Source of the DNA: a virus
Virus record (IMG/VR): IMGVR_UViG_3300028920_000065
Span: 1 to 64,000 of that record
Direction: 5' to 3' (one strand)
DNA: 64,000 nt
In this document: positions 9,777-19,118 of the stretch, in pieces
Position numbering within the stretch: the first letter of the stretch is position 1
Layout of the letters: the number at the start of each line of letters is the position of its first letter
The notes under the pieces: generated by a model
Seen by the model: the letters and a program-made list of their open reading frames with translations, nothing else
What the model was told of the DNA's origin: nothing
The model's database searches: none
Position numbers and translations under genes: made by a program

Positions 9777-10391
9777 TTATTCATAATCAACAACATCACC
9801 ATAATGAAATTGAGCTGATGGGCAATCCCATATGTTAATACAATTATATTGAAACTGATCTTTTAAAAATTCTAAAGATTCCCATTTTGTATTGACATAT
9901 TTATATTCCTTTTTAAGATACATATAATAAAAATTTTTAATCTGTTGGGTCCAAAATGCAAATACATTATCATATTTTTCATGGTTAAATCTTGCAAAAT
10001 ATTCTATTCCATAATTTTTATTTTTTTTATCTTTTCCAATAGACAATGATGCAACCAATGATTCAGAAAGCAAATCACATTTTACATCATCTGGATATTT
10101 TCTGAAATGTGTATGTTTTAATAATTTTTCTGCTATTTTAACATAATTAATCATTAAAATTTTTCTTAATTTAAGTCTTTCATTAGATAATTCATCATTT
10201 TCCTTATCCTTTAAACACAATTCTTTATATTTAACAATTAAATCAAAAAGTTCTTTCTTATCAACAAAATCCCTTTTTTCTTTTTTATCCCGTCTCTTTT
10301 TTAAAGTATCTCTGTGGATAATTGGCACTTCTGATTTCTTCTCCTTCCTAAGAACATTTAATCCTAAAAATTTTAATAATTCATAACTCAT
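9777..10391 (-). CDS. 55: Late-transcription sigma factor (gp55-like)
   Basis: FVDKKELF...KIAEKL...FRKY...D...RFNHEKYDNVFAFWTQ resembles gp55 (FDxxKYxNPxAYxTQ). Confidence 0.85.
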   Translation of the reverse strand: MSYELLKFLGLNVLRKEKKSEVPIIHRDTLKKRRDKKEKRDFVDKKELFDLIVKYKELCLKDKENDELSNERLKLRKILMINYVKIAEKLLKHTHFRKYPDDVKCDLLSESLVASLSIGKDKKNKNYGIEYFARFNHEKYDNVFAFWTQQIKNFYYMYLKKEYKYVNTKWESLEFLKDQFQYNCINIWDCPSAQFHYGDVVDYE

Positions 10392-10393
10392 AA

Positions 10394-10678
10394 TTATTTA
10401 CTCAAGACGGTTTTTAAAATTTCAATTTGATTTCTATCTAATTTTGAAATAACTTCATATAATTCACTTCCTGTCATTCTATTTAATTTATTTGATATAT
10501 AATTATTAAAATTTATATCATCGAGATCTATTTCAATTTCTTCATCTATTTCATATAAAATATCAATATAAGCCTCCTCAGAAAAAACTTCCAGTTTTAA
10601 ATCTAATATTAAATAATTTTCATCACATTTAATTTGATTGATTTCTTTCAAATAATGATTCATTTTTTTCTCCTTCAA
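10394..10678 (-). CDS. Hypothetical protein
   Basis: ORF between rnh and gp55. Confidence 0.6.
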   Translation of the reverse strand: MKEKKMNHYLKEINQIKCDENYLILDLKLEVFSEEAYIDILYEIDEEIEIDLDDINFNNYISNKLNRMTGSELYEVISKLDRNQIEILKTVLSK

Positions 10679-11613
10679 AAATTAGTAAATTTTTCCATTA
10701 ATATCTGTAGTTCATATTTCATACACCATTTTTCAAAAAGACTTTTATTTAAACTTCTTTTTTGATGTGATCTATATTGATCCATTACATCCTCAGATAA
10801 TTGTTTTGGAATATTATTAAGGTCTATCAATCTCATATTCCGTTTAAAATTCATTTCTTGCTCTTGATAAAGTTTTTTAAAATTATATTCATTTTTTTCT
10901 TCATCATCAGTAAAATAATTTTTTAAAATAGTTTTTGGTCCAAAAGCTTTTTGTTTCTTGGTTGGGTTGACAAAAACATCATCATCAGACATAATATTTG
11001 GAATTCCATCTCCAGAATCTCCATAAAGAATATGAAATTTTCTATATCTTTTTGAATCTTCTTTGGTCAATAATTTCCATTCAGTAAAAATATCTTTTTT
11101 GGTTGAATGTTGATAAATTTTTTCTGAAGTTATATATTTTTTCTTAAAAGGATTATATAAAAAAACTCTATTTCCAACAAGCTGTAAAAAATCATGATCC
11201 CTGGATATTATTACCAACGTATCATCAATATGTTTAAATTTTGAAATAGTTGCAATTATATCATCACCTTCACAATATTTTCTTTGAAGAAAACAAAAAG
11301 GAAATATTTCTTCAAGTTCATTTATCAATTTATTAGAAAATTCAATTAAATCTATCATAGCAGGATCTTTTTTTCTATTTACCTTATAATAAGGAAAAAC
11401 TTTTTTCCTCCAAGAACCACCTTCAAGAGCAATAATTGTATCTGCAAAATTACTATCATTCTCTTTAGAGTAATATAATATCTTTTCTATAATATCTGAT
11501 CTAACATTATTTTCAACAACATCAATCCCAAATCCTTCATTTAAGCAAGATTTATAAAATTTATGCCAGGACATATGAAAAATATTCATGAAATCAATTA
11601 TTATACTATTCAT
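10675..11613 (-). CDS. rnh: RNase H / 5'-3' flap exonuclease (T4 rnh-like)
   Basis: IIIDF, SWRKKVFPYYKVNR, EGDDII, SRDHDFLQL, GDSGDGIPN. Confidence 0.92.
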   Translation of the reverse strand: MNSIIIDFMNIFHMSWHKFYKSCLNEGFGIDVVENNVRSDIIEKILYYSKENDSNFADTIIALEGGSWRKKVFPYYKVNRKKDPAMIDLIEFSNKLINELEEIFPFCFLQRKYCEGDDIIATISKFKHIDDTLVIISRDHDFLQLVGNRVFLYNPFKKKYITSEKIYQHSTKKDIFTEWKLLTKEDSKRYRKFHILYGDSGDGIPNIMSDDDVFVNPTKKQKAFGPKTILKNYFTDDEEKNEYNFKKLYQEQEMNFKRNMRLIDLNNIPKQLSEDVMDQYRSHQKRSLNKSLFEKWCMKYELQILMEKFTNF

Positions 11614-11639
11614 TTTTACTCCTATAATATTTCTACTTT

Positions 11640-11669
11640 ATTTTCTACACGATTTTTTAAGAAAGTAAA
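11640..11669 (-). promoter_or_regulatory. Early/middle-type promoter upstream of rnh
   Basis: TTTACTTTCTTAAAAAATCGTGTAGAAAAT; promoter family member. Confidence 0.7.
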
Positions 11670-11689
11670 GTCTTTTAAGAAATATTTTT

Positions 11690-11757
11690 TAGTATCCTTG
11701 TCTTAGTATTAAAAAGTCCTAAAAATCGCTATAAATTGAAATATAAAAGGCTCAGAA
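11690..11757. repeat. Dispersed intergenic element, copy 1
   Basis: TATTAAAAAGTCCTAAAAATCGCTATAAATTGAAATATAAAAGGCTCAGA; closely matches the copy at ~53.3 kb. Confidence 0.7.
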
Positions 11758-12861
11758 CAAACTTTTGGACATATCCTTTCTCACTAAAGTTAGTAACATT
11801 GAATAATTAAAATTAACATCAATTTTATGTACTATTTCATAAAGAAGATAAAAACCAGAATATTTACTAATATTCTTTTGATCATTTTGACCAAGAAAAT
11901 ATTTTAATTGTATTAAATCGCCTATTTGTAAATCAGATGAGGCAATTTGCATTTGAGCCTGAATAGCATCAGTTAACATATAATCTTCAATAAATTTTGA
12001 ACTCTTTAATGTCAAAACATTTCTTTTAGAAGAAACAAAATCAAATTTTGGATTTGTAACATTTAAGGAAATATCATTAAGATTATATTTTTCTTCAAAA
12101 AGATCAATATCATAATGAATATATCCATTTATTCCATCTTCATAAAAATCTTTTCTCATCATTGGTTCAATCTTTGATATTCCACGAATTGAATTTCTAT
12201 TTCCATCACCTTCAGTTATTATAGATACATTTGAAAGTTTTTTAACATATTGTTGTGCAAATAAAGATTCAATATTATAAATTAAATAATTATTACCTCT
12301 TTGAAAAATAAATTTAGGATCATCAGAAAGATATTCTATTTCTTCTATTGTTTCTATAATATCATAACTATTTGCAATGTAGGAATATGTATCAGTATCA
12401 TTTAAAACTTTATTTTCAGTTATTATATTATAATTAGAAAAAAGAGTTTCTAACATATAGGAATTTGTTTTATTTTCAAAAGATTTTTTATATGTTTCTG
12501 CTTCAAGAAAATTAGCAAAATCCTCATGAATAAATTCAAGTTTATATTTATAAATTTCATTCGTTTTTGTTTCAGAAATATTTGGTATGGCTGTTATAAT
12601 AAAAGTGAAATCTCTAATAGTTGTTTCTTCTCCAGTATCCCAAACAATATGAAGTTTTTCTTTTCCTATAAATGGAAAATTTTCTCTATAATTAAATTGT
12701 TCTTCAATTGTCAATTCTCCATAAAGCCAAATAGATCCAATAGATTCAATTATTTCAATTTCCCGGAAAAGATTTTGAATATTCAAATATTTATTTTCAT
12801 AATTGATCAATTCAATTTTTCTTAATCTAAGATTTCCTTGTTGATTTTCAACTGTTGTCAT
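11752..12861 (-). CDS. Baseplate hub / tail protein (gp27-like)
   Basis: IEIIESIGSIWLYGELTI...FPFIGKEKL and C-terminal KYSGFYLLYEIVHKI typical of T4-like hub proteins; follows gp48. Confidence 0.7.
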   Translation of the reverse strand: MTTVENQQGNLRLRKIELINYENKYLNIQNLFREIEIIESIGSIWLYGELTIEEQFNYRENFPFIGKEKLHIVWDTGEETTIRDFTFIITAIPNISETKTNEIYKYKLEFIHEDFANFLEAETYKKSFENKTNSYMLETLFSNYNIITENKVLNDTDTYSYIANSYDIIETIEEIEYLSDDPKFIFQRGNNYLIYNIESLFAQQYVKKLSNVSIITEGDGNRNSIRGISKIEPMMRKDFYEDGINGYIHYDIDLFEEKYNLNDISLNVTNPKFDFVSSKRNVLTLKSSKFIEDYMLTDAIQAQMQIASSDLQIGDLIQLKYFLGQNDQKNISKYSGFYLLYEIVHKIDVNFNYSMLLTLVRKDMSKSLF

Positions 12862-12869
12862 AGGGTTCC

Positions 12870-13853
12870 TTATTTAGAAAAAAGTTTTTTCTGTTTTTCA
12901 CGATTATTTTTTTGTTTTTCTAATTCTTTTTCTGTTGGTGTTCTTGTACTTTCATCAACACCAAAATTAAAATTTGGTTTTAAATAAAGGTCTTTTTTCT
13001 TGTTTCCATTAACACCTATATAATCAAGCTCATTGAATGAAATAGAAAGATTGAGAAATGGTAAACCAGATTCCATAGCTTTAAAATTTCCATCATTACC
13101 ACCAAATTGCGTTGTTATATTTGATATTCCACATCTCCTGTAAACAAGATATTTTTTATAGCTAGGAAATGATGAAAATTCAACCCTCCAATTAATTGGA
13201 GGAGTAATAACATAATCTCCATAAGCTCCAACTGATGTAATACGAAATACAGAAACTATTTGTGCCAATATTTCTTCCTCTTCTCTATTTCTTGGTTTCA
13301 TGAATTCCCATGCAAGGTCAAAATTTCTTCTTGCGTGACCTGCATAAGCAAGTTTATCATGAGGATTATCAATACCACCACCAAATGCTCCTGATTTCAT
13401 TGCAAAAACAACTTCTTGAGGTAAAATGGTCGATGCTATTCCAGAAAGTGCCTTATATCCTTTCCATTTTATATATTCACCCAAACCACCACCAAGATTC
13501 ATTCCTTCAACCGATTGCCACTGACCTACTATTGTATCTGCGGTTGGTCTTATAGGAAGAATGATTGCATCTATTCCTTTTAATTTTATTTCTTTTATTT
13601 TTGTTTTGCCTCCTGCTTCTTCTTCATCTAATTTTGCAACAGTATCATCTTTTAATTGCTCAGAAATTCCTGGAATAATAACTTTCGTTCCAATAGGATA
13701 AAGTGCTATAAAAGAAACATAAGGAGTTTTTTCTTTAGCAAGCAATTCCTTACTTGCATTTATCATTTCTCTTAATTTAGTAGGAAAAACTAAAATTTTA
13801 TCGTTTAATTTTAATTCTAATATTTTCTTTTCTAATTCTTCTAATTTATCCAT
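12870..13853 (-). CDS. 48: Baseplate tail-tube cap (gp48-like)
   Basis: NPHDKLAYAGHARRNFDLAWEFMKPRNREE...IVSVFR; LNLSISFNEL. Confidence 0.8.
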   Translation of the reverse strand: MDKLEELEKKILELKLNDKILVFPTKLREMINASKELLAKEKTPYVSFIALYPIGTKVIIPGISEQLKDDTVAKLDEEEAGGKTKIKEIKLKGIDAIILPIRPTADTIVGQWQSVEGMNLGGGLGEYIKWKGYKALSGIASTILPQEVVFAMKSGAFGGGIDNPHDKLAYAGHARRNFDLAWEFMKPRNREEEEILAQIVSVFRITSVGAYGDYVITPPINWRVEFSSFPSYKKYLVYRRCGISNITTQFGGNDGNFKAMESGLPFLNLSISFNELDYIGVNGNKKKDLYLKPNFNFGVDESTRTPTEKELEKQKNNREKQKKLFSK

Positions 13854-14309
13854 TTAATCACCATTTATTTCTCTTAAAATATCATTTATTCTTTTAATAT
13901 CTATTTTCCTTTCAATGATATAATTATCTTTTTCTTCTCTTTTTAATTTATATATTTTAATACTTTCATCACAATCAATATCCTGACCGTAGGAATAATA
14001 CATTTCATCTGGATTTAATATTTCTATTAATCCCCATCTTTCTAAAAGATTCGCAATTTCATTTCTTCTTTCAAGATCTCCTTTTACCCATTCAGGAAAT
14101 TTTCCATCAATAAAAAATCCTTCCTTATAATGTATTAGAAACCATCTTGAAAAAACTTTTATTATATGACATGTTTGATATAATATTTTATTTTTATGAT
14201 TTCCAATTCCAAGTCTTGACAGTGTTTCTGAAATAATTTTAATTTTGTGCTTTGGTTTAATTTCAATTAGATTGGTTGTATCTAGTTGACAATTCATAAC
14301 ATCATTCAT
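13854..14309 (-). CDS. regA: Translational repressor RegA
   Basis: ETLSRLGIG..KNKILYQTCHII...LIHYKE..IDG...DLERRNEIANLLERWGLI. Confidence 0.92.
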   Translation of the reverse strand: MNDVMNCQLDTTNLIEIKPKHKIKIISETLSRLGIGNHKNKILYQTCHIIKVFSRWFLIHYKEGFFIDGKFPEWVKGDLERRNEIANLLERWGLIEILNPDEMYYSYGQDIDCDESIKIYKLKREEKDNYIIERKIDIKRINDILREINGD

Positions 14310-14325
14310 AACATCCTCTTTTTTT

Positions 14326-14340
14326 ATTCAATATTATTTA
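14326..14340 (-). promoter_or_regulatory. Late-type promoter upstream of regA-48-27
   Basis: TAAATAATATTGAAT, same motif as before structural genes. Confidence 0.6.
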
Positions 14341-14386
14341 TTATAGATAAAAAGAGAATTATTCGTATAATGTTTTTGCTATAGGC

Positions 14387-15223
14387 TTATTTAGAAGCCC
14401 AAACAATAAATCCCTGACCCCATTCCTCCGAACATTGCCATCCTTCACCACAATTATTTAAATAAAATTTTTGTATCTTAACAACAATTTTTTCTAGTAT
14501 CTCAGGTAATCCAGTAAATGGATATATTTCAGAATAAGAAATGAGTGGAATTGGAAATATTCCAAAAGATCCTTTTTCTTTCCAATCAAAAGCATCCATT
14601 AATATTTTATATAAATCAGAATCATAATCACTCCTGAAAAGTTTTTTTGAATCTGGTTTAAATTCTATATTTGAATCAATTATTTTTTTAAACAATGATA
14701 AAAAGAAATTCAGTGGTTTAAACACACTCTGAACACTAACTTTTTTTGGAACAACATAATTAATAAAATGACCACCATTTTTTAAAATTCTATATTGCTC
14801 AGAAATTAACTTTGAAATATCATCAGCATTTTCAAAATGTTCAAGCAATCCAACATTAAAACTAGAATCAAATGTATTATCTTCAAAAGGAAGATTCATT
14901 CCATCACCAACTACAAAATTTCCTTTAAATCCAAGTGAATTAAAATTTTCTTTGGCTACTTCTATGGCATTTTCTGATTGATCCAATAATGTACAATTCC
15001 ACCCATGATATGCATGATATAAAGAAAGATTTCCTCTTCCACAACCAATTTCAATGCATTTTCCTTGTTTTTTGTTATAAAATAATTTATCAAATAGATC
15101 ATAGTGTTTTTGAAAAACTAATTGCATTTGTGTTTCTGGTTCTCCAGTTGTAAAATAATTATGCTTCTTTTCTTTTCTATCTTTCCAGTCTAGGTTGAAA
15201 TATTCCTTTGATCCATCTTTCAT
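14387..15223 (-). CDS. Class I SAM-dependent methyltransferase (Methyltransf_11-like)
   Basis: IEIGCGRG, VVGDGMNLPFEDNTFD, GLLEHF, RILKNGG; GGAG RBS favours start 15223 (MKDGSKEY). Confidence 0.85.
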   Translation of the reverse strand: MKDGSKEYFNLDWKDRKEKKHNYFTTGEPETQMQLVFQKHYDLFDKLFYNKKQGKCIEIGCGRGNLSLYHAYHGWNCTLLDQSENAIEVAKENFNSLGFKGNFVVGDGMNLPFEDNTFDSSFNVGLLEHFENADDISKLISEQYRILKNGGHFINYVVPKKVSVQSVFKPLNFFLSLFKKIIDSNIEFKPDSKKLFRSDYDSDLYKILMDAFDWKEKGSFGIFPIPLISYSEIYPFTGLPEILEKIVVKIQKFYLNNCGEGWQCSEEWGQGFIVWASK

Positions 15224-15467
15224 ATTATTCTCCGTTTTATGAATAGAATCAGAATCTTTATATTTTCGATAAATACACGATCTAAAATTATACATTATTT
15301 CATATGTCTCCTTATAATTGATAATATTTTATACATCATCATCATCATCTATTTCATTTAATTCATCAACAATTTGGCAGTTTTCATATTCATCAAAAAT
15401 TGTTTTTAGAGCACCATCTAATTTTGATCCCTTAAATTCTTTCATTATTAATACTAATCTCTTATAA

Positions 15468-15632
15468 TTATTCTTCTTCTTTTTTATTACATTTTTTATC
15501 TAAAACACTAAATCCTATCATAACTGTAAAGAATAATAATATTTCCCCTGGTGTAATTAGATCAACATTATTTGCCGCAGAAACTAGTATAAGAGCAAAA
15601 AGAGCTATATTAGGTAATAACATCCTTTTCAT
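15468..15632 (-). CDS. Small two-TM membrane protein (54 aa)
   Basis: MKRMLLPNIALFALILVSAANNVDLITPGEILLFFTVMIGFSVLDKKCNKKEEE; ATGA overlap with upstream ORF; below track cutoff. Confidence 0.5.
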   Translation of the reverse strand: MKRMLLPNIALFALILVSAANNVDLITPGEILLFFTVMIGFSVLDKKCNKKEEE

Positions 15633-15868
15633 AATAAACATTCCAAATCTTTTAAAATTTCTTCAGCTAATCTATATCTATTTTCTATATAATTATCAGT
15701 TTCAAAACTATTTTCTTTAAAACCTTTTTTATATTTTTTATTTTCATAATTAATTATAATTGATCCTATACCTTTCATATCAAGATCAATTAAAACATTC
15801 TTATCTTTTAGCTTATCTTTTAAAATTTCCATTACTTTATAAGCTTCATAAATATTTTTTAAAATCAT
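15629..15868 (-). CDS. Hypothetical protein
   Basis: 79-aa ORF with GGGAG RBS and upstream TATAAT promoter. Confidence 0.6.
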   Translation of the reverse strand: MILKNIYEAYKVMEILKDKLKDKNVLIDLDMKGIGSIIINYENKKYKKGFKENSFETDNYIENRYRLAEEILKDLECLL

Positions 15869-15939
15869 ACAATTCTCCCTTAAAAAATTATATTATACTT
15901 AAAAATTCAAAAAACACAAGGTATTATTTTAAAAAAGTT

Positions 15940-16728
15940 TTATTCGTCTATTTCTATTTTACTATTATAGAACATGTACCATCTTCCATCATTTAATTCT
16001 GTATATTTTACTCTAATTGCTGATTTACTAATATCAACTATTTCTCCATAATCCCATCCACAATTATTTTCACATATAACTTTCATTCCAATTTTATATT
16101 TAGATTCCATTAATTCTGGATTATTATGAATATTACCTATGACCTTTCCATTATTATTGATTATTAGATCCCTTAAGTCATAATATTCTTCATTTAATCC
16201 ATCTCCATAAAAACTACATTCATCAAATTTAACCAAAACATTTTCTTTTCGATATAATGTATCTCCATCATAAAAATCATCAAACGACATAATATCATTT
16301 TCATATACTTCAATTCCATTTATCATCACTCCTTGCTCTATTTCTGATTTTCTTTCTAATATTCTTTCCAATCTAAATTGTAAATCATCAAATACAAAAT
16401 AGAAAAAACTATCACCTTCCCATATTCTAAAGTAATAATCTTTACCTCCTAAATTGACACTATTACCGCATTTATCTGTAGGTTCTTTAAAATCCTTCTC
16501 AAATGCATCTATAAATGTTTGTGCCAACTGATGAACTCCCTCTCCTTTCGGACACAATGAAACATCCTGCTCGTACATTTCGTAACATCTAAGATTTTTA
16601 GTGGAATTTATTCTTGAAAAAGGACAAAAATCACAATTCACAATTTCTGACTTAATTAACTTCCTGCATACTTCTATATGCTCCTTAGTTATATTTTTAA
16701 AATTCTCTCTCTTCCTTTCATCTTTCAT
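15940..16728 (-). CDS. YopX-domain protein with Cys-rich N-terminus
   Basis: FRIWE...NGIEVYENDI...KVIGNIHNNPELME YopX signature. Confidence 0.75.
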   Translation of the reverse strand: MKDERKRENFKNITKEHIEVCRKLIKSEIVNCDFCPFSRINSTKNLRCYEMYEQDVSLCPKGEGVHQLAQTFIDAFEKDFKEPTDKCGNSVNLGGKDYYFRIWEGDSFFYFVFDDLQFRLERILERKSEIEQGVMINGIEVYENDIMSFDDFYDGDTLYRKENVLVKFDECSFYGDGLNEEYYDLRDLIINNNGKVIGNIHNNPELMESKYKIGMKVICENNCGWDYGEIVDISKSAIRVKYTELNDGRWYMFYNSKIEIDE

Positions 16729-16732
16729 TCAG

Positions 16733-17914
16733 TTACTCCATAAAAGTTTTTTGTAAATTTACACTTTCAATTTTTGCCAGAACATGAGCAATTTTTTTAC
16801 CTGCATTTCCAATTCCAAAAGTGTCATTTGATATGCCTAGTTTATTTCTCATATGAGTTTCAACTAAATCAACAATCATATCTGAATTATAATCACTCCA
16901 CAGGACATTACCACATCTCTCACGCATTCTTTGCCTATTTCCAATATCAACTACAGGAACACCAAGAAAACTTCCTTCACGGATGCCTGATGAACTATTA
17001 CCAACCAGACATTTGCAATTATTAATCAATCTGGCATAATCCTCAGGAGAAATATTTTTAACGAACTGAATCTTGTCATTACTTTTATGTGTTTCCCTGA
17101 ATATCCTAATTCTCTTTGATATATCATCAGTACCTGCATCAATATTTGGCCATAACATGAAAGTCTGCATATTAAGTTTCTCAACAGCTTTCAGTGTCTC
17201 TTCAATCTGCTTTCCGGCATCCATATATTCTGTTGTTACCGGATGTTGCATAACGACAATGTATGGCTTATTTGGATCAAGAATTGCTCCTGCACCTCCT
17301 GCTCTTTTGAAAATATCTGCATCTAATGATAAATCAATATCAACAAGTAAGTCCATTGCAGGACACCCAACATTAAAAACCATATCAGGATCTTCCCCCA
17401 TTGTAATAACGCGTTGTTTCGACTTTTCTGTTGCAGGGAAGTGAATATGTGCTAATTTTGTAATTGCATGGCGAACACTTTCATCAATTGATCCTGTAAG
17501 TTCACCACCTTGAGTATGAGCAAGTGGAATATTCATATATGTTGAAGCAATGGCGGTAGAAATAGTTTCAAAACGATCAGCAATTGTTAAAACAATATCA
17601 GGTTTGAGCATATTAAATATAGTAGGAAGCTCCATGAGTCCTATACCGGTCGATTTAGCCATAGTTAATGGTGAACTACCTTCAAGTATAAAATTCACCG
17701 TAGAATCGATTTTAAACCCATCAGATTCGATTATTTTTCTAACATTACCATAACGCTCAAGAAGAGCAGATGCACCAACAATGAGTTGTAGTTCGAGCTT
17801 GGGATGTTCTTGAATAGCTCTCATTGCTGATTTGATTCTAGCATAATTTGCACGAGATGCGACTACTACACATATCTTTCTTACTTCTGGAAATTTAATT
17901 ATTGATGTCATCAT
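16733..17914 (-). CDS. neuC: UDP-N-acetylglucosamine 2-epimerase, hydrolysing (NeuC/LegG family)
   Basis: RKICVVVASRANY, DRFET, AHTQGGELTGSIDESVRHAITKLAHIHF, QHPVTTE, WPNIDAG, GNSSSGIREG, IGNRQ. Confidence 0.92.
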   Translation of the reverse strand: MMTSIIKFPEVRKICVVVASRANYARIKSAMRAIQEHPKLELQLIVGASALLERYGNVRKIIESDGFKIDSTVNFILEGSSPLTMAKSTGIGLMELPTIFNMLKPDIVLTIADRFETISTAIASTYMNIPLAHTQGGELTGSIDESVRHAITKLAHIHFPATEKSKQRVITMGEDPDMVFNVGCPAMDLLVDIDLSLDADIFKRAGGAGAILDPNKPYIVVMQHPVTTEYMDAGKQIEETLKAVEKLNMQTFMLWPNIDAGTDDISKRIRIFRETHKSNDKIQFVKNISPEDYARLINNCKCLVGNSSSGIREGSFLGVPVVDIGNRQRMRERCGNVLWSDYNSDMIVDLVETHMRNKLGISNDTFGIGNAGKKIAHVLAKIESVNLQKTFME

Positions 17915-17963
17915 TTACTCCATATCTTATATTTTCTATTTTCTCCACTTTTTGTACATTGCA

Positions 17964-18263
17964 TCATTTAGCTTCTCTCTGTTTTCTAATTTTTTCTTGT
18001 TTTTTACATTTCTTCACTGCCGATCTCCACACAAAAAACGCTCTTATGAATGGAATGATAGGAAAGAATACAAAAAATCCAATCACACTCAACATAAGAA
18101 ATAATGCCTCGGCTATCTCTGTTGCAAAAGATAAAAAATATTTAATCTCTATCCAATATCCTTCAAAATTCCAGAGTGTTCTCCAATATCCCAATTTGGC
18201 TTTGTTACTTGGACAATTTCTGATCTTGTCACCATCATATATTAGATCTTTATTTTTCATCAT
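17964..18263 (-). CDS. Hypothetical membrane protein
   Basis: 99 aa with hydrophobic stretch; AGGAG RBS. Confidence 0.6.
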   Translation of the reverse strand: MMKNKDLIYDGDKIRNCPSNKAKLGYWRTLWNFEGYWIEIKYFLSFATEIAEALFLMLSVIGFFVFFPIIPFIRAFFVWRSAVKKCKKQEKIRKQREAK

Positions 18264-18293
18264 TCTTCTCCTGTAATTTTAAAGCATTTCATG

Positions 18294-19118
18294 CTAGATC
18301 CTGAATCTGTTATCTCCCCATCTTCCAACATATTTTTTCTTCACTTTCAATTCTTCTTCAGAAACAACTCTGGTTCCAGTACCATTCACCACTTCAACGA
18401 AATCCCTGTACTCACACAATTCTCGCAATTCCATAGGATCAATAGAAACTTTAACATCAGGTGTGGTCATTGTTTTATCTAGGATGAAATGTTTTTCAAT
18501 CATTGAAATATTCTTACATAGAGCGACTTTAGCAACTTCAATTCCAAGGGAATGATCAGAGAAACCAATTTCATGATTCCACAATCCTTGCTCAAAATTC
18601 ATATTATCAATCATAAATAAATTTGAATTTTTTGGTTTAGTTGGATATTCAGAAATACAATGCATGATGGTATGCTTAACATCAAAATCTTCTAGGTTAT
18701 TTAATAGATTAACTATATCTTCACTATCCATCATACCAGTGGATACTATAATATGTTCAAAATTTTCAGATAATTCCTCAAGCATTCCATAACTTTCATT
18801 ATCTGTACTAGCAACTTTGATATATTCCATTCCAAGTGTTGAAAGAAATGGAATCAATCTTCTATCAAAACATGTTGTTAAAAACTCGACATTATTTTCT
18901 TTACAGCATTCAATTAGGTCAATATGATCATTCTCAGATAGTTCTGTCTTCTTGTACCAATGTATGTCCCAACCATCGCCAACAAGATGATCTGCTTTGA
19001 AACTTTGAAACTTAACGAAATCAGCACCACAACTTGCAGCAGTTTTAATCATTTCCTTTGCTATCTCCATATCTCCACAATGATTAGTACTACATTCAGC
19101 AATTATTTTAGTTCTCAT
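18294..19118 (-). CDS. neuB: N-acetylneuraminate/nonulosonate synthase (NeuB family), lacking C-terminal SAF domain
   Basis: IIAECSTNHCGD, GADFVKFQSF, IKVAS, IVSTGM, MHCISEYPT, GFSDHSLG, IEKHF; start 19118 overlaps gp47 stop. Confidence 0.92.
   Translation of the reverse strand: MRTKIIAECSTNHCGDMEIAKEMIKTAASCGADFVKFQSFKADHLVGDGWDIHWYKKTELSENDHIDLIECCKENNVEFLTTCFDRRLIPFLSTLGMEYIKVASTDNESYGMLEELSENFEHIIVSTGMMDSEDIVNLLNNLEDFDVKHTIMHCISEYPTKPKNSNLFMIDNMNFEQGLWNHEIGFSDHSLGIEVAKVALCKNISMIEKHFILDKTMTTPDVKVSIDPMELRELCEYRDFVEVVNGTGTRVVSEEELKVKKKYVGRWGDNRFRI

Noticed and set aside
14355-14390. loxP/dif-like half site (TATTCGTATAATGT...)
   Set aside because: Second arm and spacer length fit neither loxP nor XerD sites, and no recombinase is in the window
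15295-15315. RBS-ATG-AAA-TAA minigene overlapping the track start of the methyltransferase
   Set aside because: A better RBS/start exists at 15223; probably a remnant or chance, no support for function
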